Source: Podarcis muralis
Taxonomy: Eukaryota
Reading direction: 5' to 3'
Length of the DNA stretch: 64,000 nt
NCBI RefSeq assembly: GCF_964188315.1
Contig: NC_135656.1
Span: 75,516,001 to 75,580,000 of the forward strand
Below, in pieces: positions 26,448-38,134 of this stretch. A program made the translations under genes and the position numbers. Below the pieces are notes generated by a model, which saw only the letters and a program-made list of their open reading frames with translations, searched no databases and had not been told where the DNA came from. The first letter of the stretch is position 1. Every line of letters begins with the position of its first letter.

Positions 26448-28390
26448 TATCCTTCCTTTCAGCATACAGAAGAGATCCCAACTGGCATTCAGCTCTCATC
26501 CCCTGATCTTCAGGCAGGCTTGCTGCAAAGCATTCAGCCATTCCACCTAATCCAGGGCCCTCCGCTCCTCCTTAGTCAGCTGCTGGTCTTCTCTTCTACA
26601 AGACTCCAGCCCACATCACTCTTGATGCTCTGAATTGTAACAGCTTGGGGAAGAGCCTGAAGAAAGCACTGGATATAAGGGAGGCAGAGGGGGACTTGGG
26701 GCTCACGGGAATTGCTTGGAGTGTTGCAGTGAATTTGTTACAGTGGAAGCACACCTTCGAGCACCAGGATTGTTCCAAACAATGTGTCACCAGAGCAGAT
26801 AATTTTGTAATTCCTGGGCTGCAATGGAGAAATGAAACAGCTTGGACTTTTATCTTGGTCCTAAACACATTTGCTAGATTTAAGTGGAGCATGTATTTAT
26901 TGAGATCAGTTTGAGATTACAAAAACTAAGGAAACATTGGAATAATTTTCCAGACTTGCAAATGTACTGGTTAGTATCTTGCTCCTGTCTTCCAGGCCTC
27001 AGAGTTCACAGAAACTAGCTGTTGTTCCATTCACTTTGAGAAAGACAGAGTGCTAAAGCTGAGTCAGCCATAGAGAAAATGGTGTCTATGTACTGATACT
27101 CTTTTAACGGGAAACTCATCAAACTCAGGTTGTCTCTAGCTTTCCATTGCACAAGAGGAAACAACACTTGTGTCGGAAGATTGAAAAGGTCAGAAAGGGG
27201 ATTTCCCCTTGTCTTTGAGACACATCCATAATTTAACTGTTTCCCCCCTATTGCTAAAGGAACACATTACACACAGCAAAACCAGATTAGTTTGGCACTT
27301 TGCTGTACATGTTTTGTGCATGTGGGGATAATAAGGAGTAGGGAGATGTGGGAGAGAAAAGATAGCAGACCAAGCAGAGGGAAGCCGGGGCATATTTTGC
27401 ATGTTGAGTCAGTGCATTTGCCAAGTCCTTCAATATTTGCTTAAAATAAAACTGCAGGGGAACAAAACACTTTTTTAAAAACTACTACTCTTGTGTATTT
27501 ACAGAGAAATGATTTCCTAATTCCATCAGTTTGAACTAATACTACCAGAAGCAGCGCCACCATGCTTATTAAAACACACCCACCCTTCTTTTAATATACT
27601 AGTGCCAGGCACAGTGGTGTCATTACTTCCCCTACACTGAGAGTAAGTTGTTTTGGATCCAAGCATCATTCTTCATATTCTTGCCTAACTACAAACACTT
27701 CGCACAAGAAAACAGAAATTGTGCCCAATCTCTTGGTTGCATTTTCAAGGGATTTTAGCTCACATTTCCACCACCTTTATTTTCTCCTCCTCTGTCTTCC
27801 ACAGACTTTCTGCATCGGGGGTGGAGAACTTTTTTCAGCCCAAAGGTCATAGAAACTTGTGGGAAATCTTTTGTATGCCTGTGTTGGGTGGGACCAGAAG
27901 CAGAAGTGGGCAGCAGAGCAATGGCTGTGATTCTTATCTGTATGCAGTAAGCAACATTCCAGCCATGTGCAGAAATCAAGACTTTCTGCACACGTGAATA
28001 TATCTATACACATTTTTCTATTGTTTACACAGGCAAGCAAGAAGCACAAGTCAATACCGCAGTGCCACCAGGCAAAAGCAGTCAAAGTGTGTGTCGGCTG
28101 GAAAGAGTCTCAAGCTGAATAGTGGGTCGGGCAGGGTGCAGGTTCCCTAAGCCTGCCCTAAATAAAATCATTTGATTTCCCTTTGTGTACTGAAAGGGCA
28201 TTTCTATAGCAGAATAAAAGGAAAATGATGTATTCATTAACCTAATTCCAGCCTTTTAAAGGTATAGCTTCACAGTAGTTTGGTTCTGGAAGTTGGCCAA
28301 TAAATATTGTGTACCTTTTTGCTCATGGTAATATTTGGATATTCTAAACTGTCTTGGGTGCCTTGGCGGAACAGAAAAAATATATGCAAA

Positions 28391-28518
28391 AATGATCTGT
28401 GTTCAGATCATTAAGTTTTAGTGGTCAGCATGGAAATAGGGGAAAGGTTGGGGTAATGATCTGTGTTCAGATCATTAAGTTTTAGTGGTCAGCATGGAAA
28501 TAGGGGAAAGGTTGGGGT
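28391..28518. repeat. Perfect 64-bp tandem duplication
   Basis: Units 28391-28454 and 28455-28518 are identical. Confidence 0.95.
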
Positions 28519-28813
28519 TTTGTGCCTTTCCCCCCAGCACTGTAGTTGTGGCTAGAGTGCCTGCTATCTGATATAGAATTTGCATATTGCTGAGTTTTTC
28601 TAACACGCTCCATATCTTCAGTTCATTTTAATTTTTATATTACTGCAGCAGCACTTGACAGAAGACAGTCGAAGGAAAGGAACAAGCATGTGCTCTTCTT
28701 TTTTTAGTGATAGTGTTTTATCACTAAGTTAAAATGTACCTGCTAAACTAAATAATGAAACAGTTATTCCTTTTATAAATACAAATTTCACTGTTTCATT
28801 TCTTTGCTTTCAG

Positions 28814-28970
28814 ACAGCAAGCAGTCAATGAGAGAAGATGAAGGAACAGTGACTATGAACAGGAGAGGAGCAATCAAACAGGCCAAGATCCACTACATCA
28901 AAAACCATGAGTTCATTGCCACCTTCTTTGGGCAACCTACATTTTGCTCTGTCTGTAAAGATTTTGTGTG
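28814..28970 (+). CDS. PRKCD: PKC-delta coding exon 4, pseudosubstrate and start of C1A ([25 protein letters not shown]...CSVCKDFVW)
   Basis: tttcag acceptor, gtgaga donor, 157 nt. Confidence 0.97.
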
Positions 28971-29701
28971 GTGAGAGCTATTGTCTGTGTTTTATCTATA
29001 TGTTGCACACAGCTCTGGCCTAGAGCAAGAACTGACGGATTCAGTTTTACCATTTTCTTCTGTTAGCCTGAATACTACTCTAGCATTAGTTTTCCATAGA
29101 GTGACTGCCTCTAGGAAACCCTGAAGATTATTTTTTTCTGACCTGAAAATGAGCAGTTTACAAGGATGGCTTAAGTGGGCTTCTTTAACCAAGAACCTTC
29201 AGAACCACGTCAAAACAGCAACAACCCCTGCATCAACCACTGATGGATTTCATCAACAACCTTCCCCAACCTTGTACCTTCCAAATGCTTTGGAAGGCAA
29301 CTTCCACCCAAAACAACCAGAGGGCACCAGTTTGGGGAACGTCCGATCAGAACCACAGTTTATATATTTGACAAATTCAGACACTGCTTCTCATCATGAA
29401 GTCATCAGAGTGGTATACAAGGTGCACAAACTCTTAAAAACAAGAAAAGCATCTCTACAAAATCTAGAAATCAAATGCAATCACTTCTGCTGATGTGCAG
29501 TTAATATTCCATATGGTGTTCTAAAAGTTTATGACAGCTGACTTCTTCAGCTTGGCTGTTGTTCTCTCTCATCCAGTTGGGTACAGCCTCCATTTTCTAA
29601 GACAGCTTCTCCCATCTGGGACCACTTTGAAATGCATAGCTAGGTATTAACAGCAGGTTGATGTTTCCCTACTTCAAAAGTGTATTGTGACTTCTCTAGG
29701 G

Positions 29702-29837
29702 CAGTGTTTCCCAACCTTGGGCCTCCAGCTGTTTTTGGACTACAACTCCCATCATCCCTAGCTAGCAAGACCAGTAGTCAGGGATGATGGGAATTGTAGT
29801 TCAAAAACAGCTGGAGGCCCAAGGTTGGGAAACACTG
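29702..29837. mobile_element. hAT-type palindromic MITE
   Basis: 58-bp inverted arms with 2 mismatches; 8-bp TSD CTCTAGGG at 29694-29701 and 29838-29845. Confidence 0.9.
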
Positions 29838-29985
29838 CTCTAGGGAAAGAAAGATTCAAATATTTCAGTGGGATCAGCTGCATATTCTTAATAAGACCTT
29901 GGGCTGATAAAACAACTTGTATGTCTGAATATTTTGTTTTATAAGTTTTGCTTGTGACTAAACCCTCCCCCCATTTCCTTTACAG

Positions 29986-30017
29986 GGGCCTAAACAAGCA
30001 GGGATATAAATGTAGAC
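29986..30017 (+). CDS. PRKCD: PKC-delta coding exon 5 (GLNKQGYKCR)
   Basis: tttacag acceptor, gtaagt donor, 32 nt. Confidence 0.96.
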
Positions 30018-30858
30018 GTAAGTTAATTGCATTGTCTTTTATTCTTGGGTGGTAATAGTCGGTGAGAAACTTTAGTAGATGTAGTACAAATTGTTGATAA
30101 TCACTATAGGTAACCTATTCTTTTAGATGCCAGGTAAAACACTACTTTTTCTGTCAGGCTTTTAGAGGCTGATCATTTAAGTCATTTTTATAATGCTGTT
30201 ATGTGGTTTATGAGAGTTATTTTAATGTTTCTGTTTATCTTGTTACCTTACGTTTGTAAACCACCCTGTGACCATTTTGGGTGAAGGGTGCTATAGAAGT
30301 AGCTGAATAAATAAGATTAAATAGCAGCAGATCCTAATTATTCATTTTTATTTTAACATTTGAACACCTGCTGAAAACATTTCTGTGCTAACAGGCTTAT
30401 GCAGGCAATTAAGAAAACATGTTCCTGTAGTACTTAGTTGATGCTGGTTTTAAATTTTATGTAGTTTTTTTAATTATATCAAGATACCATTGTTGTAAAC
30501 TACTTTGATTTTTTATGATATAGTGGTATGAATATATTTTTTAATAAATAAATATTACGCTTGTCTAGGGCTACCATTTTCCAGATAACAAAAGGGCCTT
30601 TTATTTTTTTGTGTGACAGAAAAACAAGAAGGCATCTTGTGATACCTTAAAATGCTAACAGATATATTTAAAATTCAACCCTAATAGTAAAAGCTTTCCA
30701 GTGTATCATTTCTACTGATGTATATAGAGTTGTAACTATCATACAACTGATACATGGAAATCAGAGAAAATAACATCTTTGTGTAGAATACTTTATATAT
30801 ATCTCCCTCCATGAAACTTAACTGCCTGTATCTTTCTATTCCTGTTGCTCTTCTGAAG

Positions 30859-30944
30859 AATGTAATGCTGCTATTCACAAAAAATGCATTGATAAAATCA
30901 TTGGGAGATGTACTGGTACTGCAGCGAACAGCAGAGATACAATG
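30859..30944 (+). CDS. PRKCD: PKC-delta coding exon 6, end of C1A ([29 protein letters not shown])
   Basis: ctgaag acceptor, gtaagt donor, 86 nt. Confidence 0.97.
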
Positions 30945-31439
30945 GTAAGTAATAAAACATTTTATATGTTCATTAACCGCAGTATGTATTGTGTGTGCAA
31001 AAAAAGACATGCAGCGGTAAAGAAAACCAGATATGTGCTTTTCACATATTATGTAAATTTGGCATGCTTGTTTACTTTTGCCTATTATTTTGTTTCTTAA
31101 GAATCAAGTTATCAGAGATCTTGAATGTGATTTATTTTTTGCAAGTGGGAAGGCAAGAAAAGACAACATGTGGGTCTGAGCAGCTAAGCAAATTGCTGTT
31201 CAGTTTAAAGTTTTGTCTTTTTGTCCAGGTCCTGCAATTCAGCAGAAGTTATCCAAAAGGCCCCAGAGAGTTCCTTAAAGTCTTTAAGGAACTATGCAAT
31301 CTTGTTCCTTTACCCTGGGAGAAAGGGATTTGTGCAATCACTACCCTAAGTCTGTCTGACCAAGCACAAAGAAGTTCCTGAGTTTAAAGAGACAAAAAAC
31401 ATATGCTTCTGTCAGGGAACTGCCATCAGTGCAGGAGGG

Positions 31440-31840
31440 AGAGAGCAAAAGCCAGATGGATTATAGAGAGCCTCCAGGGATCGTGGGAAGTAGCTCCTCT
31501 TCTGCGGAAGAGAATAAACGCGGCTCCAGTGGAGAGGAGGTGCAGGAGTGGCGAGGCGGTCCCAGGACTCCTTGCCTGGGAGAAGCGGGGAGGGAAGGGG
31601 TCCTCTGCTGCCCACGCCCTCTTTGCGCAGAAAGCATTCGCGCAGAGAGGGGAGGCGCCGACTGGGCGTCAAGGAGCTTCTTTGCTGGGGCAAGTTTAAG
31701 AACCGCCCCCTCACGGATTCTGCCAGCGATTGAGCCAGTGGTGCGGGAGATAAAGTTTCCTTTGGCAGCCAAGCCAGGTCTTCACAGCCAGGCAGGGAGA
31801 TATTTGCCTGCTTGCTCCTGAGCAACCCCTTGGAAACATA
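31440..31840. promoter_or_regulatory. Intronic CpG-rich segment, candidate promoter or enhancer
   Basis: About 18 CpGs counted by eye in 31481-31750 against a CpG-poor background; GC box ccgccccc near 31703; no TIRs, TSD or second copy noticed in the window. Confidence 0.45.
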
Positions 31841-32339
31841 ACAGCTTCCTTGTCTTGCATAATTTGTCAGAATAAAAGGCATTCTTCTTGACTTGCTCAA
31901 AAACTCCTCTATTCATTGGCTCACCTGTCATTTCCCACATGTATTGACGTTTTCCTAGATTTTGTGGCTGCAGATATATCTGCTCTAAAGAAACACAATG
32001 TGTGTGAATGAGTGGGCAGGATACTGTGCTTCAGATTTGCCATTTCAGGCACAAAGAAGCACAGTATACACACAACACTGTCCATGGAGACTTTTTCTTG
32101 GACATTTTAGAATACGTTTTTATTTAGGATTCTTGTGGGCAGGGTCTCTAATATGTTAAATTCTATAAATTGTTGTTGTTGTTTTTATTTCGTTCAACTT
32201 GTTGCTTGTGTCAACCTTCTGGCTACGTGATCGGATAAATAATGGATTTCTCGTTCCCTCTCCTTGAAAATCTTGTGTGAGAGAAATCTCCAAATACTTG
32301 TTTTACTTTCCCCGCCCCCTAACATAAACGTGTCTTCAG

Positions 32340-32469
32340 TTTCAGAAGGAGCGCTTCCACATCGATATGCCTCACAGGTTCAAAGTTTACAACTACATGA
32401 GTCCTACCTTCTGTGATCATTGTGGTAGTCTTCTCTGGGGACTTGTTAAGCAAGGATTAAAATGTGAAG
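32340..32469 (+). CDS. PRKCD: PKC-delta coding exon 7, C1B ([43 protein letters not shown])
   Basis: cttcag acceptor, gtacag donor, 130 nt. Confidence 0.97.
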
Positions 32470-32562
32470 GTACAGTCTGTTTCTTTTGGCCATTACAAGC
32501 CTTGGGCAAAATAGCTGTGCTAGGGGGAATTTTGAAGAGGGAAGGGATCAGTTCCATGATTA

Positions 32563-32750
32563 CAGGAGCACCTTGGCTTACATTACCCTTGGCTAACGTA
32601 AACTTCAGGTTGCGAAAGCAGCAAACCTGGAAGTGTTTCACCGCGCGCGCATGCGCAGAAGTGGTTTACCACTTCTCCTCCGGTTGCGAAAACCTCAGGA
32701 TCTGGCCGGACCTCTGGAACGGATGCCGTTCGCAACCGGAGGAACCACTG
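32563..32750. mobile_element. Tc1/mariner MITE, family B (degenerate left TIR)
   Basis: Right end gaggaaccactg followed by TA; left end TA followed by caggagcacct; shares ggaagtg and cgcgcatgcgcagaag motifs with the 10897 copy. Confidence 0.65.
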
Positions 32751-33106
32751 TATATGCTTGTACTGTATGTAAGAGTTAAACAGAAAAGTATGCGCATGGT
32801 TTGTGTTTTCTAAAGGTGTTTTTTTTAAAAAAAAAAACACAACTTGACAACCTTCAACTGTGTTCACAAGTGAAAAGAAATGGATGATCTCCAAACCAAA
32901 TGCTGTTCTTCTTGTTGTTTTTTCATGCATGTAGTAATGTTTGCTTCTTTTTAATTCTGAGAGTAAAAATGGGGGAAAGGCAAACACAGATCTCAGTTCG
33001 GTTAAAAGACCCAGTGAGCAAACTGATCACTGTAAAAATGGTAGATTCATCAATTGTGCTTATAAATTGCATTATGCTGATGCTGTTCATAACTGTATTT
33101 CTTCAG

Positions 33107-33207
33107 AATGTGGAATGAATGTGCACCACAAATGTCAGAAGAAAGTGGCAAATCTCTGTGGAATCAATCAGAAATTATTGGCAGAAGCTTTAACTCAAGT
33201 TAGTCAG
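33107..33207 (+). CDS. PRKCD: PKC-delta coding exon 8 ([34 protein letters not shown])
   Basis: cttcag acceptor, gtatgc donor, 101 nt. Confidence 0.97.
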
Positions 33208-33562
33208 GTATGCTGCTTAGTCCTTTTCATCATATCATATTTTATGATCTAATAGTCACTACAAATGATAATTTTCAAGTGATAAATTCCGTATGATATG
33301 TATAACCACTTAGTAACATTGACATCCAGTTTACCTTGTTAAGTGATGGGGATATTACCATCCCCTCGCTTACTTAGATTTCAGATGAAGTGCAGAATTG
33401 TGGTAAGATTTTCCTCAATATTTAGCAAGAGGTTCAAATGAACACCTAGTCCTTACAAACGCCCCTTTGCAAATTGGCACTTGTGTAAATGTGCATCTGT
33501 GGTCACTCTGTGGCTGCATTCGGACATCTGGTGGATCAGGGACAAACCCTGTGTTACACATT

Positions 33563-33763
33563 CAGTGGTGGAGCTTCATGCTCCGGCACCGGGGGTGGGG
33601 CAGAGAGCAGGTGGGGCATGGCTGGTGTGCGTCCCGGGGGCGTGGCGTGCCGCCTGCAGGGGGCATAGCACCCAGTGCAGGCGGGGGCAGCTGCAATGGC
33701 ACCACACTGGGATCACGCTGCCAGGGGTGGCATGCTCCCCCTGCCCCACTTCCTCCACCAGTG
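33563..33763. mobile_element. GC-rich non-autonomous hAT-like element
   Basis: TIRs cagtggtggag / ctccaccagtg (10/11); 8-bp TSD tacacatt/tgcacatt (7/8). Confidence 0.7.
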
Positions 33764-34576
33764 TGCACATTATCTCCTGTTCCTCTTGCCTCAAACTTAG
33801 TAAAACATTTTCTGGTTTAATCAAGTCACAGTCTGCCATTTAATCCAAACCAACCAGTGGTGTAAACAAATATTCCAGACTAGGGTTGCAAAGTAGGGAA
33901 ATCACGCAGGCACAGAGCTGATTCACAATCCTCCAAACCGATTTGGAAAACTGGAAACGTGACAACTGAACACAGCCTCTGTCTCTAGAAATGCAGATTT
34001 ATTGACATTCAAGTCAAATGTTCGAATGTTTAAAATAAGAATCTGCAGTCCATTTCCAGTTTTCATAGTTGAAGATGGGGATGTGGGAGAAGCTTTTGGT
34101 GACAAGAGACACTGTTTCACAAACTGTCAGATTTAGCAGCTTGGTAACCATGAATTCCTAATGTGACAACTGCGTCTACAAGCATCATGCGCAGAATACA
34201 TAAGTTTGCCACTTTGCATGTAATTTGCATACACAAAAAGACTCTCGGTGTAAGAATTTATGTACACACTTGTGGCACATGCATGTTTCACATCATCAGG
34301 TGCCCATTCTCTGTATTTGTGTCCCCACAGTTTGCAGAAATGGTTTGCAGAAAATGGTCATGTGCAATCTGTTCTGGTAAAATAAGACTACAAACCCAGT
34401 GGAAAATTAAAATCCTCCATTCTTCTTCTTCTACACATACTACTCATATTACATAAGAAAATGCCTTACATCATGCTAAACAATGTACTAATATTTAGCC
34501 TGGCTATTTTAGTGAAAAGCAATCATTTCTTAATTTAAGTATAAAGTAATTCTGAATAGTCATTATTTCTTTTTAG

Positions 34577-34673
34577 AAATCTTCCAGAAAATCTGATTCT
34601 GGGTCAGTAGAAAGTGTTGGAATTTACCAAGATTTTGATAAAAAACCTAAATCCTTGAGTGGCGATACAACAG
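34577..34673 (+). CDS. PRKCD: PKC-delta coding exon 9, hinge (KSSRKSDSGSVESVGIYQDFDKKPKSLSGDTT)
   Basis: ttttag acceptor, gtgaaa donor, 97 nt; conserved GIYQ tyrosine motif. Confidence 0.93.
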
Positions 34674-35662
34674 GTGAAAAACATTTTTTCTTTATTGTGT
34701 ATGCATAATTCTAACAGTTAACATATTAATTTAAAACTTGTCAATACCCATATAGTACAAACAATATTTTGTCACTTGGTTTGATGGTTTATTCTTAAAG
34801 TAATTATGCAAAGACATGGACAACAAGTAATGACTTATGCACAACACTTTTCCTTCACATGTAACTACAGCATCCTACCTTGTAGCTGAGAGCCTAAATT
34901 CATAGACAAAGATTGTGGAGAGCTCTCAACTTAATTCAACTATAATTCAATCTGACTATAACTTTTGTTGGTGGCGGAGAGATTTTCAGAATCTCCTTGC
35001 CTATGAAATCACCTTTGGCTTGGTACCGAAAGGACCACCAGCTTCCCACCTGAGACAACTGCCTCACCCGAGCCTCATGAGCAGGCTAGGAAAAGTGAAC
35101 TGGCACAAGCTGATGTCATTTTTTGGCACCAGGCAAAAGTATTTGTTTTATTTGTAGATGCATTTCAGCATGTAGTGTAACATGGTTTGTTATTATTAAT
35201 GGCTTTAGCTTTTCTGCCAGATCCTTTCTTTATATTTTTATTGTTTGTATACTTTTATTTTATGCCTTAAGGGTGGCATAACAATTATCTAAATAAAATC
35301 TTCCCCCTTCCATGCCCCTGTAAGCACTGTAGGCAGAAATATAACAGCTTCCCTAAACTTCAGTTATTAAAGCCTCTAGTTAAGAACCCAGTCAAGAACT
35401 GTGTGTGTATAAGGCAGCTCTGATGTTTTGAATTTGTTTTGAATTCATGCCTGCATGGAATTTGAACTTATAATTCCATGCATACATGCACATGACAGCA
35501 TACATTCCCTCCGTCCTTCACTCTAGTGACAGGAGCAGATTTATGGAATGGTCAGTGTGATACATTAACACTTCATAGAGCCATAGAATAGCATGCCATT
35601 TAGGGAGAAGAGAGAGAAGCTTCCTGGTCCTAATAGAAAAATTTGCATTTTGCTTTTTACAG

Positions 35663-35784
35663 ATAATAGTGAGTATGATAAGCTTTGGGAGGGACGTTCA
35701 CTGTCACGACCATCTGGTAGGAGGAAATTCAACATAGACAGTTTTGTATTCCACAAAGTTCTTGGGAAAGGAAGCTTTGGAAAG
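35663..35784 (+). CDS. PRKCD: PKC-delta coding exon 10, hinge to Gly-rich loop (DNSEYDKLWEGRSLSRPSGRRKFNIDSFVFHKVLGKGSFGK)
   Basis: tttacag acceptor, gtaggt donor, 122 nt. Confidence 0.97.
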
Positions 35785-36414
35785 GTAGGTAACTGGTAGG
35801 GCATGATTATCTTTACATGTATAAACGACTGCCAAACTGCTGGTTGTATGTTGCTAGAATGCCTTATATGGTGTGGGAGAGAGAGAGAAAGTGATCCATG
35901 TGATTCTTCAGGCCACCAGCAAAGTGGGACTGGGGGGCTAAGACTCAAGGCAGCAGGTGCCTGGGACCTTTGGTGGCTGTGAGGAAAGGTGTTATTCCAC
36001 TCCCCCCACATCCCCACTTCCTATTGTGGCTTTTAATTGATATTTGCTGTGAAATGAAACATTTCCTAGTGCTCTGCCTTTTCGCTGCTTGGCTTGACTC
36101 TGGGAAGGAGATCCCAGGTACAAGGGGAAACTTGTATGGCCTCTTGGCCAACTCTAGGCAGCACCTGCTGTACCTGATGTCTGCTCTAACCCATGAAGGC
36201 TTCAGTCACACTCAGTTCTTAGCTCAGGATGCCATGAGACTGTTTTCTGCTTTTTATGAACACATATGACTGTAGGCTGCAAAATGACATGTTTATTTGC
36301 CTAAGCACAGAGTATTGTGTTGTTAGCACTCTGATCAGGTGTAATTCCACTGTTGCAAATCCAGGACATGATCATCTGGTGAGCTTCTAAAGCATAATTC
36401 GCATCCCAAAGTAA

Positions 36415-36618
<204 letters not shown>

Positions 36619-37169
36619 TAATTTGCTGTTGCTGTGACGGGCAATGTGAAATATGTGGGTGACTTATTTGAAGAGAGTATGTTTGCTTAAAGAGCATATC
36701 ATTACATCTGTGTGTCTTCTTGCATGCTCCTTAAGTATCCATTTGCAGGCTCTGCATTATTTGTCCATTAAACAAATAATGGACACCATTGGACTTCAGC
36801 TCATATGTTGGGGCCCATTCCTAGGTTGCAGCCTAACCTAAGGTGGGTCGCAACAGTAGTACCGGCACCACACAAATATATGGTTAGAAATGATAAAGAA
36901 GGTTCCCAAATGCATGTTTGAGTTGGAAGGGACCCTGAAATAGCCACGACATGAAAATAAAACTTTTCCTGAAGAAATGAGCCTGGTGCAACTTTTTCAT
37001 TAAATACAGAAATGAAAGATAGATTCACAAAAGGCTCAGGAATCTGGTAGAGGAGAAGCAGGTCTTGCCTTCCTGTCTAAATGGTTTGGGTCTGGGATAC
37101 CCAAGGGCCATGTCTTCCTATACCAAACCCCCAAATCTATTGGAGAGACTCTTCTCTCTATCTTGTTTT

Positions 37170-37270
37170 GTGACTGAGGCACAAGTAGTCCACATGAGAG
37201 AAAGGACCTTCTCAGTGCCTGCATCCAGACTGTGGAATAACCTACCCTGTGAGATCCTTGCTTCCAGCCT
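37170..37270 (+). mobile_element. Old L2 ORF2 C-terminal remnant
   Basis: Translates RERTFSVPASRLWNNLP, resembling the L2 RAFSVAAPRLWNSLP motif. Confidence 0.6.
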
Positions 37271-37744
37271 TCCCTTCCCATAGGCATCTTGTTGGCCACT
37301 GTGAGGGGAGGATGCTTGGATAGGTGGGTCATTGGTGAAATCCACCAATGCTCTCATGTTATTGCTTTCTGGGCCCCTCTCTTAACTGTTTTTCACTGAC
37401 TGATTAAAACTTCCTTGTTCCAATTAGTATTTGTCATGCCAGGCAGATGATCTTTACACAGCATAACCTCATTTTTAAAGTGTTGTCATCTGCTGCTGTT
37501 TTTACGGCTTTTGTGGAATGGTCTTGTGCTTAATTGTTGTCAGCCTTCATGAGCAATGCACACGCATTGGAAGGGTGTCATACAAGTTTTCTACATCAAT
37601 AAACGTCTGACGCTGCTTGTTAAGATTTCCAGCCAGAGGCTGCCACCAATATACGACTCGATTCACTTGAAGAACAACATGTTCATACTGTGTATATAGT
37701 GACATCAGTCAGCTAATGTTGTGTTCTTTCCTGTTTGTAAACAG

Positions 37745-37836
37745 GACCATCTGTTTTTCGTTATGGAATTCCTTAATGGCGGAGACCTAATGTTCCATAT
37801 ACAGGACAAAGGCCGCTTTGATCTTTTCAGAGCTAC
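37745..37836 (+). CDS. PRKCD: PKC-delta coding exon 12 ([31 protein letters not shown])
   Basis: aacag acceptor, gtaagt donor, 92 nt. Confidence 0.98.
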
Positions 37837-38134
37837 GTAAGTGTTGATAACATAATGTTGTGGCAAGGTTTGTGTGCCCGATTCTAAAACTGCCCTTCTG
37901 TTTAAGATGGGATGTGCTTTTAGCTTCTGCATCTATGCAACGTAACAGCAAGTGTTCTACTCATATCACAGATTGTTGCACCTCCACAAGTGCTTAGTTT
38001 TGCCAAGGTATTAAAGGGAACAGTTAGATTTCCAAGAAGTATACTTGTGGAAGGAATTGACTTAGGAATAGCCTTTTCCAACTTAAGCTGTATCCTAGGG
38101 TTCCAGTTACAGATAGGTAGCCGTGTTGGTCTGC

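Noticed and set aside
31429-31821. 130-aa + strand ORF as an alternative coding first exon
   Set aside because: GTG start (first ATG at 31456), low complexity, and no strong in-phase donor; long ORFs in several frames are expected in GC-rich DNA.
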